Notes under the pieces: model-generated
Told to the model about the DNA's origin: nothing
What the model saw: the letters and a program-made list of their open reading frames with translations, nothing else
The model's database searches: none
Position numbers and translations under genes: made by a program
From: Daphnia carinata
Lineage: Eukaryota
Reading direction: 5' to 3'
Length of the DNA: 64,000 nt
Assembly (NCBI RefSeq): GCF_022539665.2
Contig: NC_081333.1
Location: forward strand, 1 to 64,000
Shown: piece by piece, positions 37,483 to 49,599 of the stretch
How the letters are laid out: each line of letters begins with the position of its first letter
Position numbering within the stretch: the first letter of the stretch is position 1

Positions 37483-40400
37483 AGAAACTATGTCGGTAAC
37501 CCTTTGTTCTGTGTTCTTGTGTTTTGTTGAAACTTTCCTATGTCATTTTCAAGTGAGATTTTTATTTGTTTTTAGGTAGCTGTACTGATGTGTAAAGAAT
37601 GGTGGTTGCAGGTCATCAGAGCCATTCTTTTATACAATACTGTTCCTTTTTTATTGCTTTAATTTTTTCATTTTAGCCACTGAATGTAGCTGGAACAGAA
37701 CATGTTGGAATTTTAGCATCAGGACATCTGGCTGGTTGGACAATTAAACATCCCTCTGTGTGGACATAAACGTGTCAAGTTTTTATCTGTAGATTATTTC
37801 TGGGATAATAACTTTGTCACCAACACCGTGACTTTGAAAACTAGCAGTTGAACAGTCTTTCAATTCGAAACAAAAAGGAGTCATGGTAATTTTATGTTTT
37901 GTATACATTTCTGTATAAACTATCATTTATCTAGATTACTCAAGTGGCATGACACTATATGGCTGGTATTGGAATAGATACTGTTGGTTGTATGCAGAAT
38001 ATCTTACTGAGAAGGGGATCTACTATTGAAGGAGTATCGTGTTTTACTACAGGCTGACCAGAAGCACAAACACATTGATTGAAAATTATTATCAATTTTA
38101 AGAATTGGTAAGTGAAATAATAGTAATTATACGAAGTTGTAATAATATTCTAATGATAAGCAATTACTATGGAATTATTGTTGGGAAAAGGTGACAAAAA
38201 ATAATAATTTATGTTATAAAAATTAACAGGGTAAAAACCATTTTCTATGGTATTTGTGGTAAAGTATATTATGTATTGCTATGAATACTTGTTATCCGAA
38301 CAAATTGAAAATAATTGTACAAATTTTTATCCACCTATGTTGAAGCTTTGTTAGCTATAGGTCCCTATATCGTATCTATATATGGTCCCTATAGCTTACC
38401 AAATTGAAAATAATTGTCCTACTGTTTATCTAACTTTGTCGAAGCTTTGTAATCCATAGGTCTCTTACTTTGCTTATCTTCCAGTGATCAGGACAATGTG
38501 GGTTAGTATAACATTAAACAATTTAAAATTTATTCAAAGTCAGAACAGTTGAAATTTCAAGTAGATTGACATGTGCAGGGAATACTTGTTAATGTTTTGC
38601 AGGTACAAGAATTACACATACATATTACAACTGTATTGATAAGATTTTCGATGCTTAATAATTTCTATTTACATTCAGAAGTAACAGGTTATTAATATGA
38701 CTTAATGTACATGACTACATGATGAATACCAGCAGTGATGAAACCTAAGAGTCGCAACGAACATATAGTATGGTACTATAAATGTTTTAAATAATTAGTG
38801 ATACTTAACTGTCAATATCTCATTTGATGCAGTTTGAAAGACGGTCCGAGTAAACACTACAGCATCTACTCACACAAGGACTGCAAAATCGTCGTAAATT
38901 CAACTTAGCTGACAGGCGAATCGATCGACGACGGTGTTATAGTTGAGGTACAGTTGTGGAGGTAAGACTATGTACGAAAGTGAATATTTTGCGTCTTCTA
39001 CCGCCTTAAATACTCGATGACACGTGTCACATTATTGCTTTCCCGGAAGTAGAGTGTAGGGTAGAGAGCCCTAATTCTGAAGGTCGATAGGTTGAAGGGC
39101 AAATCTTTATTTCCAGGTGAGCCCGAGGTTATAGCCATTCCCCATCGATTGACCCTAGGTTACTTTTACTTTTTTTTTTGTTTCCAAGTGCGTAAAACAG
39201 ATGAAGAACCTCGGGCATTCACTAAAAGGAGGGGGCGAGAAAAAAAGAATCTAGAAGCTCAGTAGCTCGTTCACCTGCACGCGATGCACTAGTGTAGATT
39301 TGTTGCTGGCACTCCTCGTCTAGTGATACTTAGAACTTTCGCACGTGTACCCAGTTTTCGCAATTTGTAGATTCATCAATTACGCACGGCATCAGCACCT
39401 GGTTTTGTTTAGTTGGGTAGTACAATAAGTCTAGATGAAATAGATCATCATAGATTAAGTTAAGGATAAGTAGGTCTAAACTGAAGTTAACAGTAAGGGT
39501 ACTTAAGCGTATAACTTAAGTAAGGCGTAAGCGTAGTCCACCTCAGTTCGTTACCTTTGCACAACACTATCTTAGCCATTTTCTTTCACTGTTCTATGCA
39601 ATTGTGTACCGTAGTCGTCGTTCGTAAACCATTTTTCCACGAACATCGTACATGTCGACTTTTTCACACAATTTTCACATGAACCGCCAATCCAAACAAC
39701 CTCCTGATCATTAACTAACGATTAATAATCGATTTCTTTTTCCAGGAAATTTTTATCAAATGTAACTGTAATTTGTGTATCTGATCCTGTTAGAATTAAG
39801 ATAACACTGATTGTTGATCAAATATTCAAAAATTTTGTTTGTTTTTCTTTTTCTTTTGTACAATCAGGAGGGTAATCTTTCGGGGCTGAAGAGGACACTG
39901 GACAATGAGGATCGCCGCCGCAGCCACTCTAATATAGCCCAGGATCCTGAGGTGTTTAGTTAAAAATTCAGTATGTAACCATTTATTTTATTTTTTTTAT
40001 AAATAGATCTGGAAGGCCACATCTCCACCGAAGAGAACCGTTGGACAACGAGGGTTATCGGCAGTATCTTCTCCCAAAATTCCAATTCCAAGGTATTTAA
40101 AATATTTAAGTGCCTTACCATGTTCTATGTATTAATCTGTGTATAGGAGGGCTGGCAACACTACCGAGAAGGATTACTCGACGTCGGGGATCGCCGCCGA
40201 AGTCGCCAAGGATTGACAGGTATTACTTAAATAATTGTGATAAGTGTTTAATCGTGTTTTTTTTGTATTTAGGATGGTCTACATCACTAACGAGGTGGGC
40301 CACTAGACAACGAGGTTCGGTGTCGGAACCACCATGAATCGTCGCCCAAAATTGTGAAGTATTTAATCGAAAGCCTTAGGTTGAGAACTATGATTTTATT

Positions 40401-42001
40401 TTGTTTTTATGTATTTAGGAACGCTTCACCGCCATCGAAGAGGATGCTGGACATCGAGGATCGCCCCTAGAGTAAGAAGGTCGTCGCAATGGATGTTTCA
40501 GGTATGTTTTACACGTTGAAGTGTCTAACCATGTTTTATTTTATGTATTTAGGATGGTCCACATCTCCACCGAAGACGGTCGGCGAGGTTCGCCGACGGA
40601 GCCACCAGGATGGAGGCCCAAAATTGTCAAGTATATTGTTTAAAATTTTACCATTTTTTCACCATTAATTGATTGTTTTTTATGTGTATAGGAGGGCGTC
40701 ATCATCGCCGAAGAGGACCACTGGACAACGCGGTTCGCCGTCGGATTTACCAGGATCATCGCCCTAAATTTTCAAGTATTTAATTTAAAGTTTTAAGTTT
40801 TGCACTACTATTTTATTTAGTTTTTATGTATTTAGGAGGGCTTCACCACCATCGAAGAAGACCGTTTGGACTATGACGGTCACTGCCAAGATCTTAACTC
40901 AATATTGCAAGGTATTTGAAATTTTTAAGTGGCTTATCATGTTCTATGTATTTATCTGTGCCTAGGAGGGTTGGCAATACCACTGAGGAAGATTAGTGGA
41001 CATCGGGGATCGCCGCCGAAGTCGCCAAGGATTACCAGGTATTGCTTAATTAATTTAAAGGGTTTAATCGTGTTTTTTCTAATGTATTTAGAATGGTCCA
41101 CATCACCACTGAAGAGGGCCATTGGACAAAGAGGTATGCCATCGGAGCCACCAGAATTGTGGAGTATTCTATTGAACGTTTTAATTTCACGCTATGATTT
41201 TATTCTGTTTTTATGTACTTAGAAGGCCCCACCACCATCGAAGAGGATGCGGAAGGAACGAAGATCACCACTGGAGCAGCGAGATCGTCGCCATGGATGT
41301 TTCAGGTATTTGTTTTTCATGTGTAAATGTCTAACCATATTTTTTTAATGTATTTAGAAGGGTTCCGTCATCGCCGAAGAGGACCATTGGACGTCGTAGA
41401 TCGTCGTTGGAACAACTGGAATCGCTGCCTATCCTTGAGATTCACGCCCATTAGGTCGACGGAAAAACGATGGTACGGTTGAGTATTGCCTAATTGGCAT
41501 TCGCCTACTTTATACCGTATTATTATTTGTGTATTTTCTAATGTGTTCCCCTTATCCTTTATTCCTTACCGTTAATTTCCCTTAAGCATTACGGCTTATT
41601 CTTTTAATTTTCATTGATCACGCAATTCACTACACCTGTACCCTACGGTTCATTCACGGTTTGTTTGCTTTTTTGCACCGGGTTGGGATTAGTGTATTAG
41701 GTGATGTAGTCCAGCTTACATTGGTTTCGTGCTTCAAGTATTTAGTTGGTGCAGGTTTACTAACACTAACTGCTTCTAAAACAAATAGAACAAAATTATA
41801 AATTTATTTTATCTCTGCATACTACTTTTGAGTTGTCTAGTGGTTTGAATGATACATGAATACAAAAATAATTAATCGCGTGCAATCGGGTTGCTAACCC
41901 TGATTTGATAACCTGATAAAAACGTGATGGGGCAGTAACCCTTCTAACCTGTCCCACAGACGAGAATGAACAACCCGATAAACAAGAAACCGGTTCAAGC
42001 G
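37483..42001 (+). repeat. Left outer arm of a diverged inverted duplication (partner ~49080-53427)
   Basis: Reverse-complement matches: 37480-37700 vs 53230-53430; 38550-38880 vs 52360-52690; 38895-39870 vs 50990-52055; 41900-42001 vs 49080-49190. Confidence 0.9.
39869..41455 (+). other. Repetitive multi-exon gene or pseudogene: ~12 units of GC-rich exon plus T-rich intron (~135-bp period), Arg/Ser/Pro/Gly-rich product
   Basis: Recurrent TATTTAG|GA acceptors (40273, 40419, 40553, 40692, 40835, 40966, 41091, 41223, 41357) and GTATT donors. Exons share CCATCGAAGAGG..CTGGACAACGAGG.TCGCCG. Confidence 0.65.
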
Positions 42002-42654
42002 ATTAAACGGAAATTATGTCATTGTCTATATTTAATAATCATCTCTTTAGCACTAGTAGGTAAGGAAAATTTAATTTGCATTTTGTAATTTTTTTGCTAG
42101 TGTTTGACTGAGTGAACTTGCAGTTGTATAAAGTTATTCAAGATAACTGAAATGGTAGCCCATAAATCAGAAGAATTTTATCTGACATCTTTCTTGCGTG
42201 AACCTGTTAAGAAAAAAACCTTGTTATATCAAAGGGCACCCAATGAAGAAATTGGCTTCATTAATGAATCAAATAGTTAACATTTGCCATTTGTATGTTA
42301 GTGTTAAAATTTGACTGCATTTTCTTTTCTTCAGACTCATTGATTCTAACAAACAGCCTGGTTGCAAACTTTTACCCATTTTGTTGCCATGAATGTATCT
42401 CTGATCCAGTCTTCAACACCCACAAATGCCAAGGTACACAGATATTTCTAAGCTGAGACTGTTAATCTGAAAAAAACAACTTGCAAACCAGCTTGTTCCC
42501 TTTATAAAAAACTTGCTTTAGTCAGGTAAACTTATTTGGATTGCAAGCAATTCAAGTAAATCATTAATTATCTTTAGATTCAAGTGTTATATTGCCTTCT
42601 ATTGGTTCCCTTTGTGGGAAACATGTGTTGTGTGTGAGTAAATGCAACCCTAAC

Positions 42655-43225
42655 AGTCTTGGAGATCACTTTTTTTTGTCAAGGAAATACAGGAAATTGG
42701 TATTGAAAAGGTCATTAACAGAAAGTTTTTGTATTTTAGCAGTTTATTCCTACATTTAACATCGTTGTTTAGAAATGCCATGGAATCAAAAAGCACTTGG
42801 CAAACAACAGTTTGATTGTTCTCGTACCTGTATTAGATGGAAATTACTTGTGCAATGGTACCAACCCATTCATGAAAACAATGTATTAGACAAAAATTTA
42901 TGATTGACTGGTCATAATCTGTGTAAATTTAATATATAATTCTTACAATTCAAGGTATTCAACCATGGAATGTTGACCTCTTTTCATTGAGCTTATCTTG
43001 GAGAGCTGCAGAAAAAGAATGGAACATTACCCTGCCAAACACCTGCTTCCTAATGGTAGTTTTAATTATTTGTTGTCACAAGATATATTCAGTCAATTCT
43101 TCGTAAACTGTTCTTTCTCACAGGTCAATGGCAGGGGGGGTCTTATTCACTGTCTGAAGAATTTAAGTTTAAACAAGATATTGCTTTTGATTACTTCTGC
43201 TGGTAACTTTTATATTGCTAGTTAA
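42655..43225 (+). repeat. Diverged copy of part of the 3.1-kb unit
   Basis: Matches ~30730-31465 with an internal deletion; ORF 42998-43225 is near-identical to 31241-31465. Confidence 0.9.
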
Positions 43226-44554
43226 GATGTGGCTTATATTATGAAATTTTTCAATTGTATTGATAAGATTTTTTATGCTTAATAATTTCTATTTACATTC
43301 AGAGTAGCAGGTCAGTAATGTGCATTAACATACATGATTTCAGGATGAATACCAGCAATAATGAAACCTAGCAGACACAGTGAACGTACAGCATGGTACT
43401 GTAAATTTTTAAAATAATAAGTGGTACTTAACAATTTTCAATTCCTCATTTGATGCAGTTTGAAAGGCAGCCAGAGTAAACACTTCAGCACCTACTCACA
43501 CATGGACTGGTAAATAATTGTTCCTTAAAGTAATGGAATACTATTGGTAACAGTTTGATTTAATTAAGAATTAGTTTGCTAACATAGCTTTAGAACTAAT
43601 TAAATCGAAGTTGAGATATCCTCTTATTTTCTACAATTAAAGAAGATAATGAAGCTAGTTAGCATAAATTCATCTTACCTGATAGGCGAATCGATCGACG
43701 ATGGTGTTATAGTTGTGGTATATCTGTAGAGTTAAGACGTAAGAATTAAGAGTTAAGAATATTATTACCATAAATTCATTCACCATTAATTATTTTGTTT
43801 TTCATTTGTTTAGGAGGGCGCCATCATCGCCAAAGAGGGGCTACTGGACAACGTGGTTCACCGTCGGATCCACCAGGATTATCACCCAAAATTGTTAAGT
43901 ATTTAATCGAAAGTTGTAAGTTTTACTCTTGGCTTTTGAATTATGATTGTATTTGTTTTTATGTATTTAGGAGGGCCTTACCACTATCGAAGAGGGTGCT
44001 GGGTATCGATGATCGTCGTTGGAAAAACAAGATCGTCGGTATGGATGTTTCAGGTGATAAATCTGGTGATGGTTCAGACCTTTTAGTTGTGAATAGTAAA
44101 ATGTATAAGTTGACATTTAGATAGGAGTCTGTTACTATACATGGGTTTACATTAATCATAAAATGCGTTATAAATTTTTTTATATCAAGTAAAGAAACAT
44201 AGTAATTAACTGAAATGTAATGTGGGTTTTTTATTACAAAGGATGTGATAAATTTATTATTATTAAATAAATTATTATAAATTGAATAACGATCGTTCCA
44301 AATTCTTACTACACAAGAAAATAACATTGCACTTAAAAATATTAAAATTAACGAGTGCTATTTCGTTATTCATATTTGCATCATTGTACACATGATGTGA
44401 TTTCTTTATTTTGGGAGTCGATCCTGCGGCCTTTAGCGTTCCATCCCGATACTCTACACATGAGTCATCTTCGACATCTAAAATTTTGACGTATCTATAA
44501 GCGTACACCGTTATCCTAAGTTAAATACGAGCACAGAAAGAGCTGCTATTTTAT

Positions 44555-44625
44555 CCATCAATGGCTCAGTGGTAGAGTACTGACTTCGTATGTCAAAGGT
44601 CCTTGGTTCGACTCCGAGGATAAGC
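44555..44625 (+). pseudogene. tRNA-like module (Thr-like CGT anticodon position), acceptor stem unpaired
   Basis: A box TGGCTCAGTGG, D arm, CTGAC-TTCGTAT-GTCAA, and T arm CTTGG-TTCGACT-CCGAG. Confidence 0.75.
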
Positions 44626-44699
44626 GTGGTGTAAATTAATGTGCAGAAAAGTCTTATATTATTTGAAATACAATATTCATATAACTATCATTACAATCT

Positions 44700-44770
44700 C
44701 CACCAACTTGGAGTTGAACGCTCATCGCTTCAGTTGCAACACTGCTCCTCTACCACTGAGCTACCATTGA
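44700..44770 (-). pseudogene. tRNA-like module
   Basis: Minus strand reads TAGCTCAGTGGTAGAG...GTTCAACTCC (A and B boxes at tRNA spacing). Confidence 0.65.
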
Positions 44771-45259
44771 CACATTACATCTCAATGACTATTCCAAGCC
44801 ACTAAATTAACTACCTCCAAACTAGCATACGTAAAATGGCCCTAAAAATCGAAATGATGTTAAAATGTAAAGTACTTGCGTCTGAATTCTTAGAGCTGTG
44901 GTTCAAATCCTAGACAAACCAAAAAGAATAATGCAATTCGGAATCAATGGTTCGATTCAATGGTAGCAGTTGCCCTTACTCTAGTGTGAGATATGTGATT
45001 CAACTCCCACAGCAACAACCTGAACGGTAAATGAACTTTAGAGGAAGATCAAGGTGGAACATAACTGAAAGGTACGGTAACCTTGATGGTAAATGACCTT
45101 CGAGATCTAAAAAAGTTTAATGGTAAAGTAAGTAACCTTCAGAGGAAAAGTAAAGGACGAACGTAGACGCTGAAGGTTAGGTGTTTGCCCTTGAAAGTTT
45201 TGAAGGTCGAATATTTGACCTTGAAAATTTTGAAGGTCGAATATTCGACCTTGAGATAT

Positions 45260-45547
45260 GGGATCCGGGATCCGGGATGTGGGATATGGGATCCGGGATA
45301 TGGGATATGGGATATGGGATATGGGATATGGGATATGGGATATGGGATATGGGATATGGGATATGGGATATGGGATATGGGATATGGGATATGGGATATG
45401 GGATATGGGATATGGGATATGGGATATGGGATATGGGATATGGGATATGGGATATGGGATATGGGATATGGGATATGGGATATGGGATATGGGATATGGG
45501 ATATGGGATATGGGATATAGGATATGGAATTCGGGATTTAGGATCCC
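45260..45547 (+). repeat. (GGGATAT)n heptamer tract: 32 perfect units at 45295-45518 with degenerate edges
   Basis: Direct reading of the sequence. Confidence 0.99.
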
Positions 45548-45816
45548 ACATCTCAAAAAAATTTAAGTTAAACTCTCACGTTGGAGGTCATCTGTTAGGG
45601 TTATAATTTTGTTGATAGACATTTGGACTTGACCTTCGTCATGGTTACATTACCTTTGGCTTAATCTTGGCTTTTACCTTCGCCGAAGGTTATTTGCCGG
45701 TACGATACGGTCATTTACTGTGGGACTTGAACCACATACGTCGTGTAACTCACTTTGAGTAGGGCAGCAGCTGCCATTGAATGGTATTATTTAATTCGGT
45801 TTTCAATTAGTTACAT

Positions 45817-45886
45817 TGGTTGGTCTGGGATTTGAACCACAGTACAATGTATTCAAACGCAAGCACTTTACCGTTGTGCCATGACT
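45817..45886 (-). pseudogene. tRNA-like module (mirror of ~44850-44920)
   Basis: Minus strand reads TGGCACAACGGTAAAGTGC...GGTTCAAATCCC. Confidence 0.55.
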
Positions 45887-45978
45887 TGCTTGTAATCAAC
45901 ATTTCGATTTTTAGTGCCATTTTACATATGCTACCTTGGCGATAGTTAATTTAGTGTATTGGAGGAGTAATAATAATG

Positions 45979-46050
45979 TCAACGGTAGCTCAATGGTAGA
46001 GGAGCAGCATTGTAACTGAAAGGTTGAGAGTTCAACTCCCAGTAGGTTAG
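45979..46050 (+). pseudogene. tRNA-like module (mirror of 44700-44770)
   Basis: TAGCTCAATGGTAGAG...GAGTTCAACTCCC. Confidence 0.65.
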
Positions 46051-46153
46051 GTTTTACACTGAAGTACGTAAACTTGAAAATGATTTTTTATAATTTTCTA
46101 TCCAGGGGAATTCAACAGTTTCACATGGTACAAATTACGAATTATTAACATCA

Positions 46154-46224
46154 TACCTACCTCGGACTCGAACCAAGGACCTTTGAAATACCAAGTCAGT
46201 ACTCTACCACTGAGCCATTGATGG
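46154..46224 (-). pseudogene. tRNA-like module (mirror of 44555-44625)
   Basis: Minus strand reads TGGCTCAGTGGTAGAGTACTGACTTGGTATTTCAAAGGTCCTTGGTTCGAGTCCGAG. Confidence 0.75.
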
Positions 46225-46899
46225 TTATTCATCATAAAAAAACATTCGTGCAGCTCCATTTGTGTGCTCGTATTTCACTTAGGTTAACACTGTATGCTAA
46301 TCAATACGTCAAATTTGTAAATGTCGATGGTGGCACATATGTAGAGTATCGGCATGGGAAGCTATAGGCCGTAGGATCGAGTCCGAAAACCAAAAATTTG
46401 ACGCCATGTATGACATGATGTAAATGTAAATAACGTAATAGCATTGTAAATGGTTTTGTAAATATTGATACGTGCAGTAATATTTTTTGACATAATGCAG
46501 CAATTAGTTATTTATTTGCAGTTTCCAGATAAATTTATCACAACCATTGTTATAATAACCACGTTACATTATTTCAATTAAATATTATGTATAAATTACT
46601 GAACTTCTTACAGTATATTTTTATGACGAATTTTATGGTTAAAATAAACCCATCTATCTCCACTTTCTGAATAGCGGCTTATTAGGAAAAGCTTATTATT
46701 GCTTTGTTTTTTTACGTATTATTTTTATTCCGCGGGGTATCATATATTTTCCGTGGGCTGGTGTATTAAGTAAACCCAATCGGAAAGGAATATTAAAGGA
46801 ATATGAATACAACCTATCACGTAAATCAAAATAAGAAAACTAAACCAGTATACTTTTCCCCAGACTTACAACACTATAATCCCTTATTGAATTATCAAT

Positions 46900-49020
46900 C
46901 CGCATTTTTTGAAACATACTTCATTGCCTAGCCTTTAACTACGCACTTGTAATGTTTTCCCAACGCTCTATCTTATAGGCTATTGGTGTTAGATCATCTC
47001 TCCTTCACTTACCATTTCTTCAAATTCATGGCAATATATCTCATTCTCCCACATTCCAATGCCCAGTTCATTCAATGACTGTTATTCTGGTCTATCTGTA
47101 AAAAAGCATTAATCACATCAATACATAACATTTCCAACAATATTTGGGCAATAAATGTACGTCTGCTGATATGTTGAACCTATTACACGAAGCTAAATTC
47201 CAGATGTGCTGCAATCTAATTTGTATAGTTAAGCCAGGTTTACCAAGTGTTAATCCGCCTCATTCGTGTTATCGAATACCATCGCGATTCTTTAACTACA
47301 TTCAGAATAGCAACATAGTACCATGAATAAAACCTATTTTTAAAAAAAAAGGTTTAAAAAATCGTGTCCGTAATTTTTGTTTTTTACTGAGAGGTTGAGG
47401 TTGAGTAGGTCAGTCCTTCTGCACATTAAATTGGATTGAAATTCTTCTGATTCCTCGACAAAATAGTCAAGGTGGCCGGCCATCCATTGATCGTCACAAG
47501 GCTGTAGTGTTTGGCCACGATGCGGACATTATATACAACAAGACGTATTCGGTAACATTCCACTTTTTCTCGCCATCCTCATTAACTTATGTAAAAAGAA
47601 CTTACTTGTACATTTTTCTCTATTATAGATGTGATTTACTGCACTGACCTATGTTAATGATATCAGTTGCCGGGATGGGGGTCTCTCCCTTCGCCATACT
47701 AGTTGGTACTATTGACAGCGTGTCAGCGAAACATCACTTCGACAACAACCAACAATTGCAGAAACTCTTTCTCCTGGATCACTGTTGTGTTGTACATGGC
47801 TTGATTATGTTAACAAATGTAGAGATATAATACCTGTTCTTGTCAACATCTATCAGGAATCTACACAACGATGAATAATTCACCAACATTTCCTCTCCAC
47901 CTTCCCACGCTTAATAAGACGGATGGAACAATGTTAAAGTATTCCTACATGAAAATATTCAATTTAAGACTGAGCACATCTTTCTCTAAAAACAAATCTG
48001 ACACTTATCTTTTTCAAACTGATCTGAGTGCAGATGCAGAAGAAACAATCTCATTCGTTTCAAGATAAGCTCCACCTGTTCACTGGTATTAGAACATAAG
48101 AATTGCATGACAGAATTATTTGGCATTAAAACCAAAATTAATAAGTCTTACATTTTCTAGCTTTTCCATAGAATCAATGGTCTTGAACAGAAGTTCATGG
48201 AGAATGTCTGCAGCTTCAGCAACTTTACCCTATTTCTCTTGTATTATGACAACAAAATATGTATCAGCCTCGATCCACTCCAACATAATGCGAAAATAAA
48301 ATATTTTATGTAAAAAAGAATAACAAAAACAAAGACCAAATTCATGTGCACCTTTCTATCAGGAACAGTTCTGAGTGTCAAATCCAGTAATCACAGATTA
48401 GTACATTCGTATCCACAACTCATGACAGGGTGGAGGTCTCTCCCATTCGCCATACTAGTTGGTACTATTAGACCCGAAGCTTTTAGCTTGCTCCATCATT
48501 AGTTCTACCTTAGGGTATTTTCTTGATAAGGTGCCACTTCTTAATTCCGAAACTGATCTGCACAATCGGTTCCAAGATGCACCTTGCTGAAATGGTATCT
48601 ACCTGTAAGCAAAGCATAGGATCAAGTAAGATACAAAAAGATACAGAAATTCAACTCACAGGTCTTGTATGTTTTTCAAAATCAAGGAGAATTTCTATGA
48701 CTTCGTTTAAATTCTCTTCTGTGGTCAAGGCTTTACAGGTTGGTGTCCTGTCGTCGCCATGTTTAACTATAATCCCCTTTAATTTTAACGATGCGACGCT
48801 CGTGAGTGGTCTTTGAAGCTGTCATATCTTTGCGTTCGCTACACGTCTTCAAGATTCTGAAGTTACCAAAGCTAGATTAAATGCCAAATAAAACTTCGCC
48901 AAAATGAAATTATCAAATATATATACCGGTATTTCTGGTTTGCTTACAAACTTTCTGCGCATACAACACTGAGCTTCATGTGCACTTGTGCAGACATGTA
49001 AGACAGCGTTGCAAAGCATC
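46900..49020 (-). pseudogene. Degenerate multi-exon gene of unknown family
   Basis: Exon-like blocks bounded by minus-strand splice signals, with in-frame stops; an internal duplicate (AATAGTACCAACTAGTATGGCGAA on minus) at ~47690-47713 and ~48446-48469. Confidence 0.35.
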
Positions 49021-49599
49021 GAATTGGTAAAAGGAAACGGGAAGGTTAAGGAAGAAAGACTAGGGTCAGATTCACAGCCCCGCTTCGATCGGGTCGGGTT
49101 TTGTTAAGCGGGTTGTTCATTTCCGATTATGGGGCAGGTTAAACGGGTTATTACCCCATCATGTTTTTACCGGGTTGTCAATCATCGTACGCTAACCGAT
49201 CACAAGCAATTGTTTTAGTATTCCTATTTTTCAAGTCAACATTCAATATTCAAAATACAACAGTAAGTTATTTTGTTTTACTTTTCTTTTAAAAGCAGTT
49301 AGTGTTTTGCAAACCTGCAGCAAACAAATACTTGACTTGTAACCTATGTAAGTAGGGGCTACATTACCTAAACCACTAATCCCAACCCGGTGCATTAAGT
49401 CGAATACAAGCCGTGAACGATCCGTGCAGTGCAGGTGTAGTGAAATTGTGTGCTCAGTGAAAGATAAAATCATAAGCAATAATGCTGTGAGGGAAAATAA
49501 TGGGAGGGAAAAAGGAACGAAGCATCTATCAATCAAACAAATCACAATACGAAATAAAGTAAGTGAAAGCCAATTTGGCAATACTCAACCGTACCATCT

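Larger units (their letters stand above)
44140..45266 (+). repeat. Left inner inverted arm (partner 45541-46655)
   Basis: ATGGGTTTA at 44141 vs TAAACCCAT at ~46645; tRNA-like modules are mirrored; TTGAGATATGGGATCC vs GGATCCCACATCTCAA. Confidence 0.88.
45541..46655 (-). repeat. Right inner inverted arm
   Basis: Reverse-complement homologue of 44140-45266. Confidence 0.88.

Noticed and set aside
45295..45518. Interstitial host telomere or chromosome-fusion site
   Set aside because: The motif is not the canonical arthropod TTAGG, and the tract does not switch strand as a telomere-telomere fusion would.
45107..45606. Five ORFs with GYGIWDM / ISHIPYP repeats
   Set aside because: Translations of a stop-free heptamer repeat; not evidence of coding.
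44555..46224. Functional tRNA gene cluster
   Set aside because: Acceptor stems do not pair and the anticodon loops differ between mirror copies; kept only as tRNA-like modules.
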